Source of the DNA: a virus
Length of the DNA stretch: 52,618 nucleotides
Virus record (IMG/VR): IMGVR_UViG_3300009826_000007
Location: 1 to 52,618 of that record
Reading direction: 5' to 3' (one strand)
The notes beneath the pieces are model-generated. The model did not search any database and was not told the DNA's origin. It saw only the letters and a list, made by a program, of their open reading frames with translations. This document shows positions 20,201-28,595 of the stretch, in pieces. Numbering within the stretch: position 1 is the first letter of the stretch; every line of letters begins with the position of its first letter. Position numbers and translations under genes: made by a program.

Positions 20201-20457
20201 ATTTAGTAGATTCCAAAAAAGCCCTACAAGACCTCGACAAATTTTACTTAAAAATACCCGAGCCGTTTGTCGCAGCACAAAAAATCACACAGGAACAACA
20301 GCAAAAACCTAGCGGAACAACTTTTGACAAACTAGTTTTGCACATTCATTATGAAGGTAACCCGGAAAATTACGACATTGAGTATATTGGAAGGCAAATC
20401 GCACAAGACACTATACGCGATTTGCGAAGCAAGGGGGTAGTAGTACATGCTTATTGA
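14236..20457 (+). CDS. Tape measure protein (2,073 aa)
   Basis: Three I(R/H)SPS(K/R) motifs are present (IRSPSKRTK, IHSPSRIME, IRSPSRVGI). It also has a long hydrophobic A/I/L block and extended coiled coils. Confidence 0.93.
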   Translation: MSLLQADGSVIIGTELDTQNVETSMNKLGTKIKTWAAGAAAAWAALNVAVIATGDAFDAPMGTIQAQTGMADEAIAQLGYRFRDLSQLGTHSATEIATAFTKVATQGRTVEESYKLMSYAQTLANATSFELKQSTEFLGLALMKTGADVSKSQSYIDTFSQVVASSGMSLGNLQKAVITLAPTMNASGKSIEYMGGTLATLYRGGLYGVAAGRGLEQIFNQLTGPSDAAAAAMDRLGISMFDSTGAVRPLNDVLLEAMDALDDVATEQERINLAQDLFSTVYARAVFDELKNNRDAWQENIKLMYEAGDAFDGMGQAWGMAETAGLGFSTSLGSIGHALQDVFISLWHVKEGAKVALLDTIGEGLWVLARMLRSDGELHGAVLAFGAINEVVFNALIVLLRGVIDIVVFLIRAMDFGSAMATLQPLQGAIGNLFDAFSNLITAVGNFITALIGISDSNAPSFLSQLLEVIVTLITAGIEIAINKLNLLRETLGFMTQAVRNTSFDAGLLGDLFKALSNVIGTLVSAFGNLLSIIGGAIINAIWDFSKGLDSGVTLGGILNTVIGALITILDIFSNAIEAINRILSGALPQAFDAIIQLVKSLASGFLGLGEHLPTFLNVITQVASVVGGAVLLAFEALVNIAVFLLDTLNLLYPVVAILAAKFIKVKVVSKIVTMFNALNIGMMANKVSMVALSSKLALFKKGVIASFVPLTTFTGKLTTASKTTGIFSMALGKAKAALTATTALFVKIAGPIAIAVTAIVFFTDAFSNLHPMVGAVTVALAAFIASFQLLNASTTTVTAVKTAFTTLYATIKAFKLAPLIGYFTALFATMKTSVATVGLLNTVLHGLSVAYMAVKKAAIKFKAVLLANPFVLAAAAVTALVVAIGYLIKRNMTATEGYEDLAAISREAAQAQQEFERNVEQASHAVNDNIRAIDEQAARNQYLTDTIVSLANEQNRTVGETVRMNRYIDELNQAIPGLNLAFDETENSLNRSTQAMQLFIDSSRAIEYLNTLVEESNRLSAERTEISGRVAETEQRLIQLNEQQDQGIRNRNANQIALSQAIVEAEATLARYNDMLGNNTRSQDGLTQRIDEQMGVVGRLRQEQNELIQTLANQQAAIQALEGVLNQYAKVVSDTFKQASQDSEASATSLLNDLRKVNAGLENSRQEWDLFGMYMQRIEKLAAELDVSDEVVNELRGMGLQGLPIIQDFVNDGGGMLEEMDQIFKDISANTVQAVASEFSALGDTMDDAMELAAQAIQQNAAMENSMVEAVVQAFDAAKDAVKTNDPASIGMAFGDGAVEGLESTYGDLRQSGEGAVDEIAEGMESAGLIRSPSKRTKTIGEFLAEGLVQGLEPGKTKSRTVAKEIIESITTTLEGLSLEATGRQIMQGLINGMNAKMADVRRIAAEISATVENTVRTSMQIHSPSRIMERIGNNIVDGVVVGIDALRGAAVGAAQRMSDGIKDAASEWVDDYANATEILIKDEIDKWGNFLNAYDDQAQRQKEIDRQNSLFRMEIRQNDFSNNKEYLEKMLESTKLSKSEEIFLLENLARHYLKNSDERIKIETRLRDRQAALLDEIHKKQRDVMAQMRQAENEYTQAVENRTQALSRTFNMQRELSLQETGVDRNRQEVERLTEVYDRNRAALSDVVAEMIAAQVAGEDYTEINERLQAAHRDVANSHTELTTAMERSTQSQATIWANNLQDQIDNMNDWANEIDRLAQKGLYEGLVEHMRQMGPESVNYLRELNNSSREELERLSHLYQEQHATARRVAGEELVGLRQDTNERLRELAGDLDRLGQQEFQAGGRNLSRGIQEGIRSEQTNVQAAGRETVNTYANAVGQSGSQQMPQQGQQLVSNVAQGVNQGSPQMRNAADSVTRQFKDSMRNAQFQAQDTGSQLARGVADGVDRGAWGIRSAMEAAANSAALAAMRALKIRSPSRVGIYIGDMFSKGIAGGIDKGAKAVEYAVEQITDYMTALEYPNMENMYKNLVDSKKALQDLDKFYLKIPEPFVAAQKITQEQQQKPSGTTFDKLVLHIHYEGNPENYDIEYIGRQIAQDTIRDLRSKGVVVHAY

Positions 20458-21028
20458 TCTTGATCTTGACCCGCGAATTCCAAAGGATAGTTTTAGCATA
20501 AACGCCCCAATCAACAACTACCGAACAAGATTTGGAATTAAATGTATAAAATATGATGTAGTAGCACCACCGAAACGGGAACGTACTATAAAAATTCCTC
20601 GCGTGTCGGGGTCTGTTGATCCGGAACCTAGAGGCGAACGCTATTATGACGATAGGCAAATACAGGTACAAATGGTGTTGGAGCGTAAAGTTTCCACAGT
20701 AGAATGGCGGCAAATAATCTCAGAATTTGCGGGACAATTCAGGATTTATTTTTGGGATGAGCCGGGTATATATTATGATGCGGAAATGTACGAGTCCCCA
20801 ACAGTTACAGAATTCCAACGGCAGGTAGAACGAGAAGCAATTTTGCCTTTGCGCTGTTTTCCTTTCGCTCTAAGCGAACGTAAAAGTCATTCATGGGTAG
20901 GCGGCGAAATATTTAGAAATTTAGATTATAAGGGAACACAAAATACACCACCCGTTTTAACCATTATAAATAACGGTAATACTACAATAACAAGGTTTGA
21001 TATACGCATATATTCGGTGAGGAGGTAG
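20447..21028 (+). CDS. Distal tail protein (Dit-like)
   Basis: 193 aa, overlapping the tape-measure stop. Confidence 0.65.
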   Translation: MLIDLDLDPRIPKDSFSINAPINNYRTRFGIKCIKYDVVAPPKRERTIKIPRVSGSVDPEPRGERYYDDRQIQVQMVLERKVSTVEWRQIISEFAGQFRIYFWDEPGIYYDAEMYESPTVTEFQRQVEREAILPLRCFPFALSERKSHSWVGGEIFRNLDYKGTQNTPPVLTIINNGNTTITRFDIRIYSVRR

Positions 21029-21035
21029 CATAAAG

Positions 21036-21845
21036 GTGGTTGCAACTACTGCATTGTCTATTAGGGTTATGAATGCAATCGTTGGTATTGCAAGCCCTGC
21101 ACAAGTCTTGTGGCTTGGTCTTTTCACGCGTAACCCCGGACTTGAAGGCGATCAATCCAGCGAGGTAAATTATGGTTCATATGTGAGACAACCAGCCCTT
21201 TTTCAACTTCCTACTGGAATCCCCGACAGTTTGGAAAGGACAATGTTAAATAACACTATGACCTTTCCAAGGATTACATCGGCTTTGATGGGGAATTTAG
21301 ATACGTTTGAAATACGTTTTTTTGGTATTATGACTAGTCAGGCGTTGGGGAGTGGTGACATGCTAGTTACCGGTGAATTTATTAACCCCCTAATTTTGCA
21401 AATAAATGATTCACCGACTTTATTGGCGGGTGATATAGCGTTAAGAGTGAGTGGCACTTTTGGCATGACTATAATGGACGATATATTAAACCACATCCGA
21501 GGGCAAGCACTTCCATCACGGGGCAATTTACAAGTTGGGTTATTTGATGGCGATCCACGAATAAACGGAACAGAATTGTCCGGCGGTGGATATTTTAAGC
21601 AAAATATTACAATGTCGGATAGATTGGGAGCAACTCCTTGGGGTGACCCACCCGGTACAGAAATTGCTAATATAGCCTTGGTCGATTTCAGGTTCCCGCA
21701 AGGCAATTGGGGCATTTGGTCACATACTGCATTATATTCTGGTACTACTATTGTCGATGTTGCACCAAGAGGCATTAGCAGGTTACTAAATCAACAAATC
21801 AACCCAAGGATACCACCGGGCGGATACAAAATGAGGTTTATATAA
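21036..21845 (+). CDS. Tail/baseplate structural protein, unassigned
   Basis: 269 aa with a GTG start after GAGGAGG. It lies in the tail-tip block. Confidence 0.6.
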   Translation: MVATTALSIRVMNAIVGIASPAQVLWLGLFTRNPGLEGDQSSEVNYGSYVRQPALFQLPTGIPDSLERTMLNNTMTFPRITSALMGNLDTFEIRFFGIMTSQALGSGDMLVTGEFINPLILQINDSPTLLAGDIALRVSGTFGMTIMDDILNHIRGQALPSRGNLQVGLFDGDPRINGTELSGGGYFKQNITMSDRLGATPWGDPPGTEIANIALVDFRFPQGNWGIWSHTALYSGTTIVDVAPRGISRLLNQQINPRIPPGGYKMRFI

Positions 21846-22462
21846 TGTTAATGTTTGGTAGGATACCGTTTGGTCGTAGAGATGTACAAATATCGTATTA
21901 TGTAGACCGCTTAGATATTTTATCTATAACAGAATTATCTGCCATAGTACAAGGGTTTGCGATTGCGGAACACAAAGCAAAATCTAAGTCACATTTATAT
22001 GCTATTTCAAATTTGCGTGTTCATTCAGACTTAAATACCGTGGGTGAATCAAAACTTTTATCACCTGCTAAAGATAATATATTAAGATTATATTCTTATT
22101 ACACCAAAGAAGTATCAGAAAACAACCTTCACCAAGATGAAGGCATAATAAGAGCAACTATACCTATACCAGAAATAAATTCGCGAACATATTTAGATGT
22201 TGAGGCACGTGTTGGAGCATTAAATACATTTTCTGTGGTGTTCAATGGACAATTCCCGCCGAGAAATGTTTTAATTATAGATAGCGAAAAAAGAGAAACA
22301 ATGTCAAGATTTCCAGGTATGCCCCCACATTTGTTATTTGCATCAACATTTTTGCCAACAACAGAATCATGGCCAATAATCGGGCCTGATACCGATTCTA
22401 TTATAGTAAGTGGTTCTAGTGATGTTTCTTGTCGGCTAGAATATAATGAAAGGTATTTATAA
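21845..22462 (+). CDS. Tail/baseplate structural protein, unassigned
   Basis: 205 aa, translationally coupled. Confidence 0.6.
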   Translation: MLMFGRIPFGRRDVQISYYVDRLDILSITELSAIVQGFAIAEHKAKSKSHLYAISNLRVHSDLNTVGESKLLSPAKDNILRLYSYYTKEVSENNLHQDEGIIRATIPIPEINSRTYLDVEARVGALNTFSVVFNGQFPPRNVLIIDSEKRETMSRFPGMPPHLLFASTFLPTTESWPIIGPDTDSIIVSGSSDVSCRLEYNERYL

Positions 22463-23718
22463 TGGCTATACTAGAAGTATTTGACTCACAACGCATAAAA
22501 CAAGCAGAAATTAATACCGCATTTGACATTACGGAAAACCAAAAAATAAATAAATTATATACGTTTTCTTTTTCTATTGCGCTTTCGGATAGTAAAATTG
22601 AATTCTGTTTGTTGGGCAACTTTGTTAGGCTTATTATAAACAATTTTGTTGGTGAAATTTATAGAATATCTTCATACAAAAAAATATTTGGCAAAAATAA
22701 AATAATACATTTTACCTGTGAACACCCTTGGGCTGATTTAAGTCGTTCTATTATGTATAACATTAGATTTTTGGGTCAAATAGTTATAAATACAGATATT
22801 GCATTCCCGCTAGTTTCATCGTTTACAAGTGTTCCGGTGTGGTTGACGGGTGCCATACGAGATTTACCAATGCTTATAGCTCTAATCTTAGAGTTTTGTA
22901 GTCCCCCTATTAGTATTCTAAAAGGCGGTCGTTGGCAAATTATAACTGATAGTAATGCTTTTGGATTTTCGCCAGGTGTTGAAATGCAATTAAACAATTC
23001 AAATGTATTACAGGCAATACAGCAGGCGCTACGTTTTGTAACTAGGGATTTTATAATTAGATATGTAATTGGGGCAAATTCTCTTTCTAATAGTGCTTAT
23101 ATTTCTCCTTTAATTTTAAATGATTCAACAAGAACAAATAATGTTTATTATTTGGGAAAAGATGTAATTGAATTTATTGAAGAAAAATCAATCGAAAATA
23201 TTATTAATCAAGTAATACCATTAGGAGAACGTATGCCCGAAAACATTAGAGAGTGGAGAGGTTACAGGTCGAATTTAAGACCGGGATTAATGAGCATAAC
23301 ACCCGATATAGCTGATACGTGGGCGGTTAGAGCTTCACAAGATAATCTTGAACAATTTGGACGAAGAACATTAATAGCAATTAACGACAAAAAAATTGAA
23401 GAAAGTGGTACTCCGGGACTTTCAGCAAACCGCATTGCATTTCTTAACAATTTTGCTCAAACCATACTTTCGCGAACATCTCAACCGGAAATTTTAAGTT
23501 CTGCTTTGTTGCATCAACATGTTTTAAATGGAACATTTAATTTGGGTAATATAGTCGAGATTAGAGATGAAAATAACGATCAACTTGCCAGACAATTTAT
23601 AACTAATATAAGAATAGCTGTAAAAGATACAACAACAGTAAAAATAGACTTATCAAATACAACACTAGATATATCAGATATTTTCTTCAATGTTTTGCAA
23701 CAGGCAAAGACTCAATAA
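22462..23718 (+). CDS. Tail-associated/baseplate protein
   Basis: 418 aa, AT-rich and coupled to its neighbours. Confidence 0.6.
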   Translation: MAILEVFDSQRIKQAEINTAFDITENQKINKLYTFSFSIALSDSKIEFCLLGNFVRLIINNFVGEIYRISSYKKIFGKNKIIHFTCEHPWADLSRSIMYNIRFLGQIVINTDIAFPLVSSFTSVPVWLTGAIRDLPMLIALILEFCSPPISILKGGRWQIITDSNAFGFSPGVEMQLNNSNVLQAIQQALRFVTRDFIIRYVIGANSLSNSAYISPLILNDSTRTNNVYYLGKDVIEFIEEKSIENIINQVIPLGERMPENIREWRGYRSNLRPGLMSITPDIADTWAVRASQDNLEQFGRRTLIAINDKKIEESGTPGLSANRIAFLNNFAQTILSRTSQPEILSSALLHQHVLNGTFNLGNIVEIRDENNDQLARQFITNIRIAVKDTTTVKIDLSNTTLDISDIFFNVLQQAKTQ

Positions 23719-24952
23719 TAAAAAGGAGATAACCATCATAGACCTAAAATCCATGTACCCGGCGATTGCTCAAAGCCCACCCACATATACAATGTCTGAA
23801 ATATCAGACGCGGAATATGATGTGATAAGCGTGGAAAATCCTAATGCGCTCATCGCAGAAAATTATGAGGGTGCAAATTATGCAACACTTGGCCCCAATC
23901 CAGAAATAGACGGCAATGACGACTTTGAAACAATTATATTCGAAAATATAGACGGAACAAATTTACAAAACATAAAAAGAGGCGTGGAAGGCATAGCGCG
24001 TTATTGGCCTGAAAATACGCCTATTGCGCGGTATATGACTTCGAATGACCTTAACGATTTACAGGCCAATGTACGAAATAATAATATTTTAATTGATAAT
24101 CATAGACATAATGCAAACCAAATAAACGATGGAATACTTGCATTTGCAAGTGGCGGAACGGGAATCAATACGATACAACAGGGACAAATTCTTTTGGCCA
24201 CATGGAATAATATACTTGCCGCAGTAAATCGCGATGAAGTGCGATTCACGAACCAAAATTTGGCAACGCGCTTTTTTCGTTCAACCAGGCCATTAAACAG
24301 TTGGGAAACATTTATGATTACTGTGATTGGAAATGACAACAGCCTAAGTGTTATTTCAGGTATGCGAAACGCTTTAACTCTAACACTTGCACATTTGGGT
24401 AGGTGGTGGAATGGGATTGGCGCTGTTACCCGCGTGGGTATAGATGGCGCGGGACATTTGTTGGTAGATGCAGCCGGTGCAATATCGAACAGAAGTATAC
24501 TATTTGCCAATAATAGCGGTGGTTTTGGGTTTCGCGGAATGCCTGGATTGGAATTTACAGCGCAAGCGACAGAACCACCATTATCAGGCGGCCAATGGCA
24601 ATCCGTTAATGCACTTGTGTGGACAAACGTAATAATGCAAAATGGTTGGGTAGCACATTCAACTATGGCTCCAAGATTTAGAAAAACATCTTCTGGTATT
24701 GTTTTGGTAGAGGGTTATGTGTCTCGTGGTCCAACAGTTACTGATAGTAATAGTGCAATGTTTTCATTACCTGCCGGATTCAGGCCGGGAAGAGCGATAA
24801 CTTTTGGCACTACTACATGGTCATCCCCAAACATGGCTGTTAATATGAATATTATGAGTTCAGGTTTTGTACACGTATCTATGCAAAATCAACAACTTGC
24901 AGCAAACTTGCAAAATATTAGCATACAGGTTGCATTTCTGGCAGAACTTTAA
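23690..24952 (+). CDS. Tail fibre / receptor-binding protein
   Basis: 420 aa. HRHNANQINDGILAFASGGTGINT resembles a fibre motif, and the C-terminal domain looks beta-rich. The start is uncertain: an AAAAGGAG at about 23722 suggests a later start. Confidence 0.6.
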   Translation: MFCNRQRLNNKKEITIIDLKSMYPAIAQSPPTYTMSEISDAEYDVISVENPNALIAENYEGANYATLGPNPEIDGNDDFETIIFENIDGTNLQNIKRGVEGIARYWPENTPIARYMTSNDLNDLQANVRNNNILIDNHRHNANQINDGILAFASGGTGINTIQQGQILLATWNNILAAVNRDEVRFTNQNLATRFFRSTRPLNSWETFMITVIGNDNSLSVISGMRNALTLTLAHLGRWWNGIGAVTRVGIDGAGHLLVDAAGAISNRSILFANNSGGFGFRGMPGLEFTAQATEPPLSGGQWQSVNALVWTNVIMQNGWVAHSTMAPRFRKTSSGIVLVEGYVSRGPTVTDSNSAMFSLPAGFRPGRAITFGTTTWSSPNMAVNMNIMSSGFVHVSMQNQQLAANLQNISIQVAFLAEL

Positions 24953-24972
24953 AAGGCGAAGGAGAATAATAA

Positions 24973-25446
24973 ATGGATGAACAAATGCCCGAACATACAG
25001 GAATAGAAATTCAGGTAATTCCCATTGATGACAATGGTTTTGTGATTTGGGATTCGGAAAAATATTGCTATAAAGATTCATCATATAAACCATTGCCAAA
25101 TGAAATAACCACACCGATACCAACAAATGTTAATTGGTATCAACCTCGCTGGGATGGCATACAGTGGGTGGAGGGCAAAGACCACCCTGGACTTCCTGTA
25201 ATATCTCCCGATCCAAATTTACCAATGGCAGAAATGCCCAAAGACGGCATATACTGGATAACCGACCCCGAAAAACCTCATACGATGGAAGAAATATTAG
25301 ATTACGTCATGAATGCCGAAATATCTGTAGATGATATTATTTTAAATAAACAATATTTCGCTGATACCCGCATGATACCAATATTACTCAAAAAAATACA
25401 ATTGTTGGCTAGGCGTGTAAGTGATTTAGAAAATGCAGGGAGGTAA
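24973..25446 (+). CDS. Hypothetical (tail-fibre accessory position)
   Basis: 157 aa with AAGGAG upstream. Confidence 0.6.
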   Translation: MDEQMPEHTGIEIQVIPIDDNGFVIWDSEKYCYKDSSYKPLPNEITTPIPTNVNWYQPRWDGIQWVEGKDHPGLPVISPDPNLPMAEMPKDGIYWITDPEKPHTMEEILDYVMNAEISVDDIILNKQYFADTRMIPILLKKIQLLARRVSDLENAGR

Positions 25447-25450
25447 TCAA

Positions 25451-26239
25451 TTGCGTAAAATATTTATAGACCCGGGACATGGCGGACATGACCCCGGCGC
25501 GGTTGCTAACGGAATGCGTGAAGCGGATATAGTTTTAGAAATAGGATTATATCTCAATGAAATTTTAAAAGCTAGTGGACTCGACACGCGCATGTCCCGC
25601 GAGAGCAATATATCACCACAACAGCGCTGGCAGATTGCAAACCAATGGGGCGCGGATATGCTTGTATCGATTCATGTGAACGCTGGTAGTGGTACAGGTG
25701 TAGAAACGCTAATACCGACAGCCTCACCAAATAATCCAAGACGCGATTTAGCCTCTAACCGTAGACTCGCAGAGCAAATGTCGTTTGACATTGGACAGCG
25801 ATTTGGTATGCGCTTGCGCCGTGCGAATGGCGTCATGTTGGAAACTGAAACCCGACACCCATTTGTCGGCGTTTTGCGTAACAGTAATATGTTGGCAGTT
25901 TTGCCAGAAATTGCTTTCATAGACAGTCCACCACAAAACCCAGATGTTAATGTATTACGCAATATGCGCCGTGAGGTTGCAGAAACACTGGCAGGAACAA
26001 TTTTAAGTTGGTATAATATTCCAATGCGTACAGCTTTGCAACCCACACCGGAACATCCATTTATTGATGTGCCGCGTGACCATTGGTCTACTGAATCTTT
26101 GCGCGAGCTTCACACACGGGGCATTATTAATGGTAGCGCCCCCGGCATTTTGGGCGGGTTTGGGCAACCAATGCCCACGGAACGCGTAGCGGCCATGATG
26201 TGGAATATGATTAGGTACTTAGAGGGAAAGAGGGAGTAG
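25451..26239 (+). CDS. Endolysin: N-acetylmuramoyl-L-alanine amidase (Amidase_3-like) with a C-terminal SLH-like domain
   Basis: IFIDPGHGGHDPGAV and SIHVNAG are amidase_3 hallmarks. FIDVPRDHWSTESLRELHTRGIINGS...TERVAAMMWNM resembles an S-layer-homology domain. The start is TTG 25451 after GGGAGG (track start 25433). Confidence 0.88.
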   Translation: MRKIFIDPGHGGHDPGAVANGMREADIVLEIGLYLNEILKASGLDTRMSRESNISPQQRWQIANQWGADMLVSIHVNAGSGTGVETLIPTASPNNPRRDLASNRRLAEQMSFDIGQRFGMRLRRANGVMLETETRHPFVGVLRNSNMLAVLPEIAFIDSPPQNPDVNVLRNMRREVAETLAGTILSWYNIPMRTALQPTPEHPFIDVPRDHWSTESLRELHTRGIINGSAPGILGGFGQPMPTERVAAMMWNMIRYLEGKRE

Positions 26240-26240
26240 C

Positions 26241-26447
26241 GTGGATTTAAGACGCAAGTTAACAAGTCGAAAATTTTGGTGTGCTATCGTGGCATTTTTG
26301 ACCCCTCTTTTATTTTTATTTAACATCGGGCAAGAGGTTGTTGCACAAGTCACCCTGGTTATTACTAGCGTTGGTGCGTTAATTGCCTATATTTTTTCAG
26401 AAAGTTCTGTTGATAAAGAAAATTGCAAGGCGGGGGCGGACAAATGA
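26241..26447 (+). CDS. Holin
   Basis: 68 aa with two hydrophobic helices and a charged C-terminus. It has a GTG start directly after the endolysin. Confidence 0.7.
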   Translation: MDLRRKLTSRKFWCAIVAFLTPLLFLFNIGQEVVAQVTLVITSVGALIAYIFSESSVDKENCKAGADK

Positions 26448-26776
26448 TGTATATTGGCGAAATTGGGCCCAGTGCAATATTATCATTATTAACGGCTATT
26501 GGCGTGTTGTTTGCCACTTATTTTAATTTTAAAAAATTAAGTGACAACATCAAATTAGAAGAAAGATGGCGTACAACCATAGATATGAAGTTAGAAATGA
26601 TTTCTACAGATGTGAAATTAATCCGAGGTTTGGAAACCATTAACCAGGAATTAATGAACCGAATGAGCATTGTAGAGAATAATTTGTCTGCTGCTTTCAA
26701 GCACATTGATAAAAATAGACTAGATATAGATAAATTATTGCATAGAAAATTTAGCAACAAAAGTGAGGAAACATAA
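26444..26776 (+). CDS. Membrane-anchored coiled-coil lysis-accessory protein
   Basis: ATGA overlap with the holin stop. It has an N-terminal TM segment (GPSAILSLLTAIGVLFATYF) followed by a coiled coil. Confidence 0.55.
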   Translation: MMYIGEIGPSAILSLLTAIGVLFATYFNFKKLSDNIKLEERWRTTIDMKLEMISTDVKLIRGLETINQELMNRMSIVENNLSAAFKHIDKNRLDIDKLLHRKFSNKSEET

Positions 26777-26779
26777 AAC

Positions 26780-28015
26780 ATGATTGTAGTAACCAAATTA
26801 TATCATACAACTTTAGTGTTAATAGGTACTATATTGTTAATCATGTATATAACAGTCCTTTTGGGCTATAGAGGGTTTTTAATTTTAGGTGACATTTATA
26901 TTCCTTATAACATAGATATATTGATAACAACTAGTTTGTTTATGGTAAAATTCTACATGTTAGCGGGAATATTTTGGAATAAATTTAGTAAATCATTAAT
27001 ATTGTGGGTATCTCCATACATTTTAATTTTTGCGATTAGTTCTTTCTATTTCAACATTAGTATATTAACTGTAATTGTATTACCTGTTTTATATTGGGTT
27101 GTTATAACTATTTATTTGGGTAGTTGGAAAGGTAGAATTAAACGCATACTTTCAGCAGTAGTAATATATTGCGGATTCACAATCGCGATTAATTGGATAA
27201 AGACTAATATTTTTTTTGCGGGTCTAAATGATCAAATAACTTTGTATCAAATGTTGGTACTTTCAATTAATTCTATTGTCATCTTAATAATTTTATATGG
27301 AAAGGAGTGGATTATAAATGAAAGAGGCAACACATCCAAGAACGCCATGGAAACCGCTTTTTCCGACCTCGGAACGGTTGAGTCATGCAGTTATGTCGAT
27401 AGTAAAAGTTTTCAGGAAATTCAAAATTTAGTCGGTTGGGAACGTGCGATTGCGGCAATTGTTTGGATTAGTCTACAAATGTTGTCATGGATTGTCATAT
27501 TGGTTGTAATTAAAATTATCAGCAACGTATTTTGGGAAGCGTTAATTATTTCAATTGCCTATGCTGCATACGGCTATACTGTCCGATATAGAATGCATTT
27601 TAAATGGTGTACGCTTGCGAGTGGTGTTATTTTTTTTGTGGCGGCAAGGCTAGTACCGTCTATCCACTATACCCCATTTATACCCGTTTTACTTGCTCTG
27701 TTTTTGGTCTATGGGTCGTTTCGAATTGCATTGCATTTTAACAATTACAACGAATTAGAGGCGCGATTAGCAATTGTTAATGAAACCATAGCAAAATGGC
27801 ATACATTTACATTACAAAAACACTGCGACTATGCGCAAATGAAAAAAGTAGCGGAATCGAAGGGCATGACATCAAAACAAATTAGAATATTAAAATTATA
27901 TTACTGCGATGCAGCAAATTGGGCGCAAATTAACATTGCAATGGCTCCGTGGTCTGAATCTACAACACGAAAATTTTTAAAACAGGCTAAAACGGACTTC
28001 GAAGCACATCCTTAA
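26780..28015 (+). CDS. Polytopic membrane protein with a C-terminal HTH-like tail (cargo gene)
   Basis: 411 aa with roughly nine hydrophobic segments and a very AT-rich sequence. The C-terminus MTSKQIRILKLYYCDAANWAQINIAMAPWSESTTRKFLKQAK resembles a sigma region-4/LuxR-type HTH. Confidence 0.7.
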   Translation: MIVVTKLYHTTLVLIGTILLIMYITVLLGYRGFLILGDIYIPYNIDILITTSLFMVKFYMLAGIFWNKFSKSLILWVSPYILIFAISSFYFNISILTVIVLPVLYWVVITIYLGSWKGRIKRILSAVVIYCGFTIAINWIKTNIFFAGLNDQITLYQMLVLSINSIVILIILYGKEWIINERGNTSKNAMETAFSDLGTVESCSYVDSKSFQEIQNLVGWERAIAAIVWISLQMLSWIVILVVIKIISNVFWEALIISIAYAAYGYTVRYRMHFKWCTLASGVIFFVAARLVPSIHYTPFIPVLLALFLVYGSFRIALHFNNYNELEARLAIVNETIAKWHTFTLQKHCDYAQMKKVAESKGMTSKQIRILKLYYCDAANWAQINIAMAPWSESTTRKFLKQAKTDFEAHP

Positions 28016-28033
28016 TGGGATGTGCTTTTTTTT
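28004..28033 (+). terminator. Rho-independent terminator
   Basis: gcacatcc-ttaatg-ggatgtgc followed by T8. It overlaps the stop codon of 26780..28015. Confidence 0.8.
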
Positions 28034-28107
28034 ATGTGTGTTTTAAATCAAATTAAAAATTATAAAAAAGGCTCTGCATTCTATAATCCAAAGCAGGAGG
28101 TGATTGT

Positions 28108-28311
28108 GTGCATAAAATAAATGGTTTACTCCAGCAACATGAAAATTGGTTAAACAGTTTAGAAATTAAAGGAACCCCCGAGTCAATGTTACGCCAATGG
28201 GACACAATATTAGGCCAAATGGAGCGCAATTTAACTATGCGAGAAATGATAGCGAACACGTTAAACATGAATCGCGGAATGCATGAGGGTCGTCCGGGCA
28301 GGGGGGAATAA
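28108..28311 (+). CDS. Hypothetical (67 aa)
   Basis: GTG start after AGGAGG. A TATAAT lies at 28082-28087 upstream. Confidence 0.55.
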   Translation: MHKINGLLQQHENWLNSLEIKGTPESMLRQWDTILGQMERNLTMREMIANTLNMNRGMHEGRPGRGE

Positions 28312-28313
28312 TT

Positions 28314-28580
28314 ATGGCTAAACGCCGTGGATGGCACCCCCCGGGTATAGGATCAAAAGCCCGCCGAAATATGCCGCGTTCTGCATTTTTAGTACCGTCA
28401 CAGCGCAAATATCCATATAAAACAAAACGCGGTGGACGGTGGGTGGCATCCGAACGTGGTTTGATGGCGGCCTATAAACGTGCCAAACAACAACATAATG
28501 AACCTGTTGCAGCCGCTGCATTACGTAAACTTAACCCCATACGCAAAGGCAAGGGCAAAGAAACCCTACCGCTACATTAA
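28314..28580 (+). CDS. Small highly basic protein (88 aa)
   Basis: GGGGGG upstream and K/R-rich throughout. Confidence 0.6.
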   Translation: MAKRRGWHPPGIGSKARRNMPRSAFLVPSQRKYPYKTKRGGRWVASERGLMAAYKRAKQQHNEPVAAAALRKLNPIRKGKGKETLPLH

Positions 28581-28595
28581 ATAAAAGGAGTTCCA

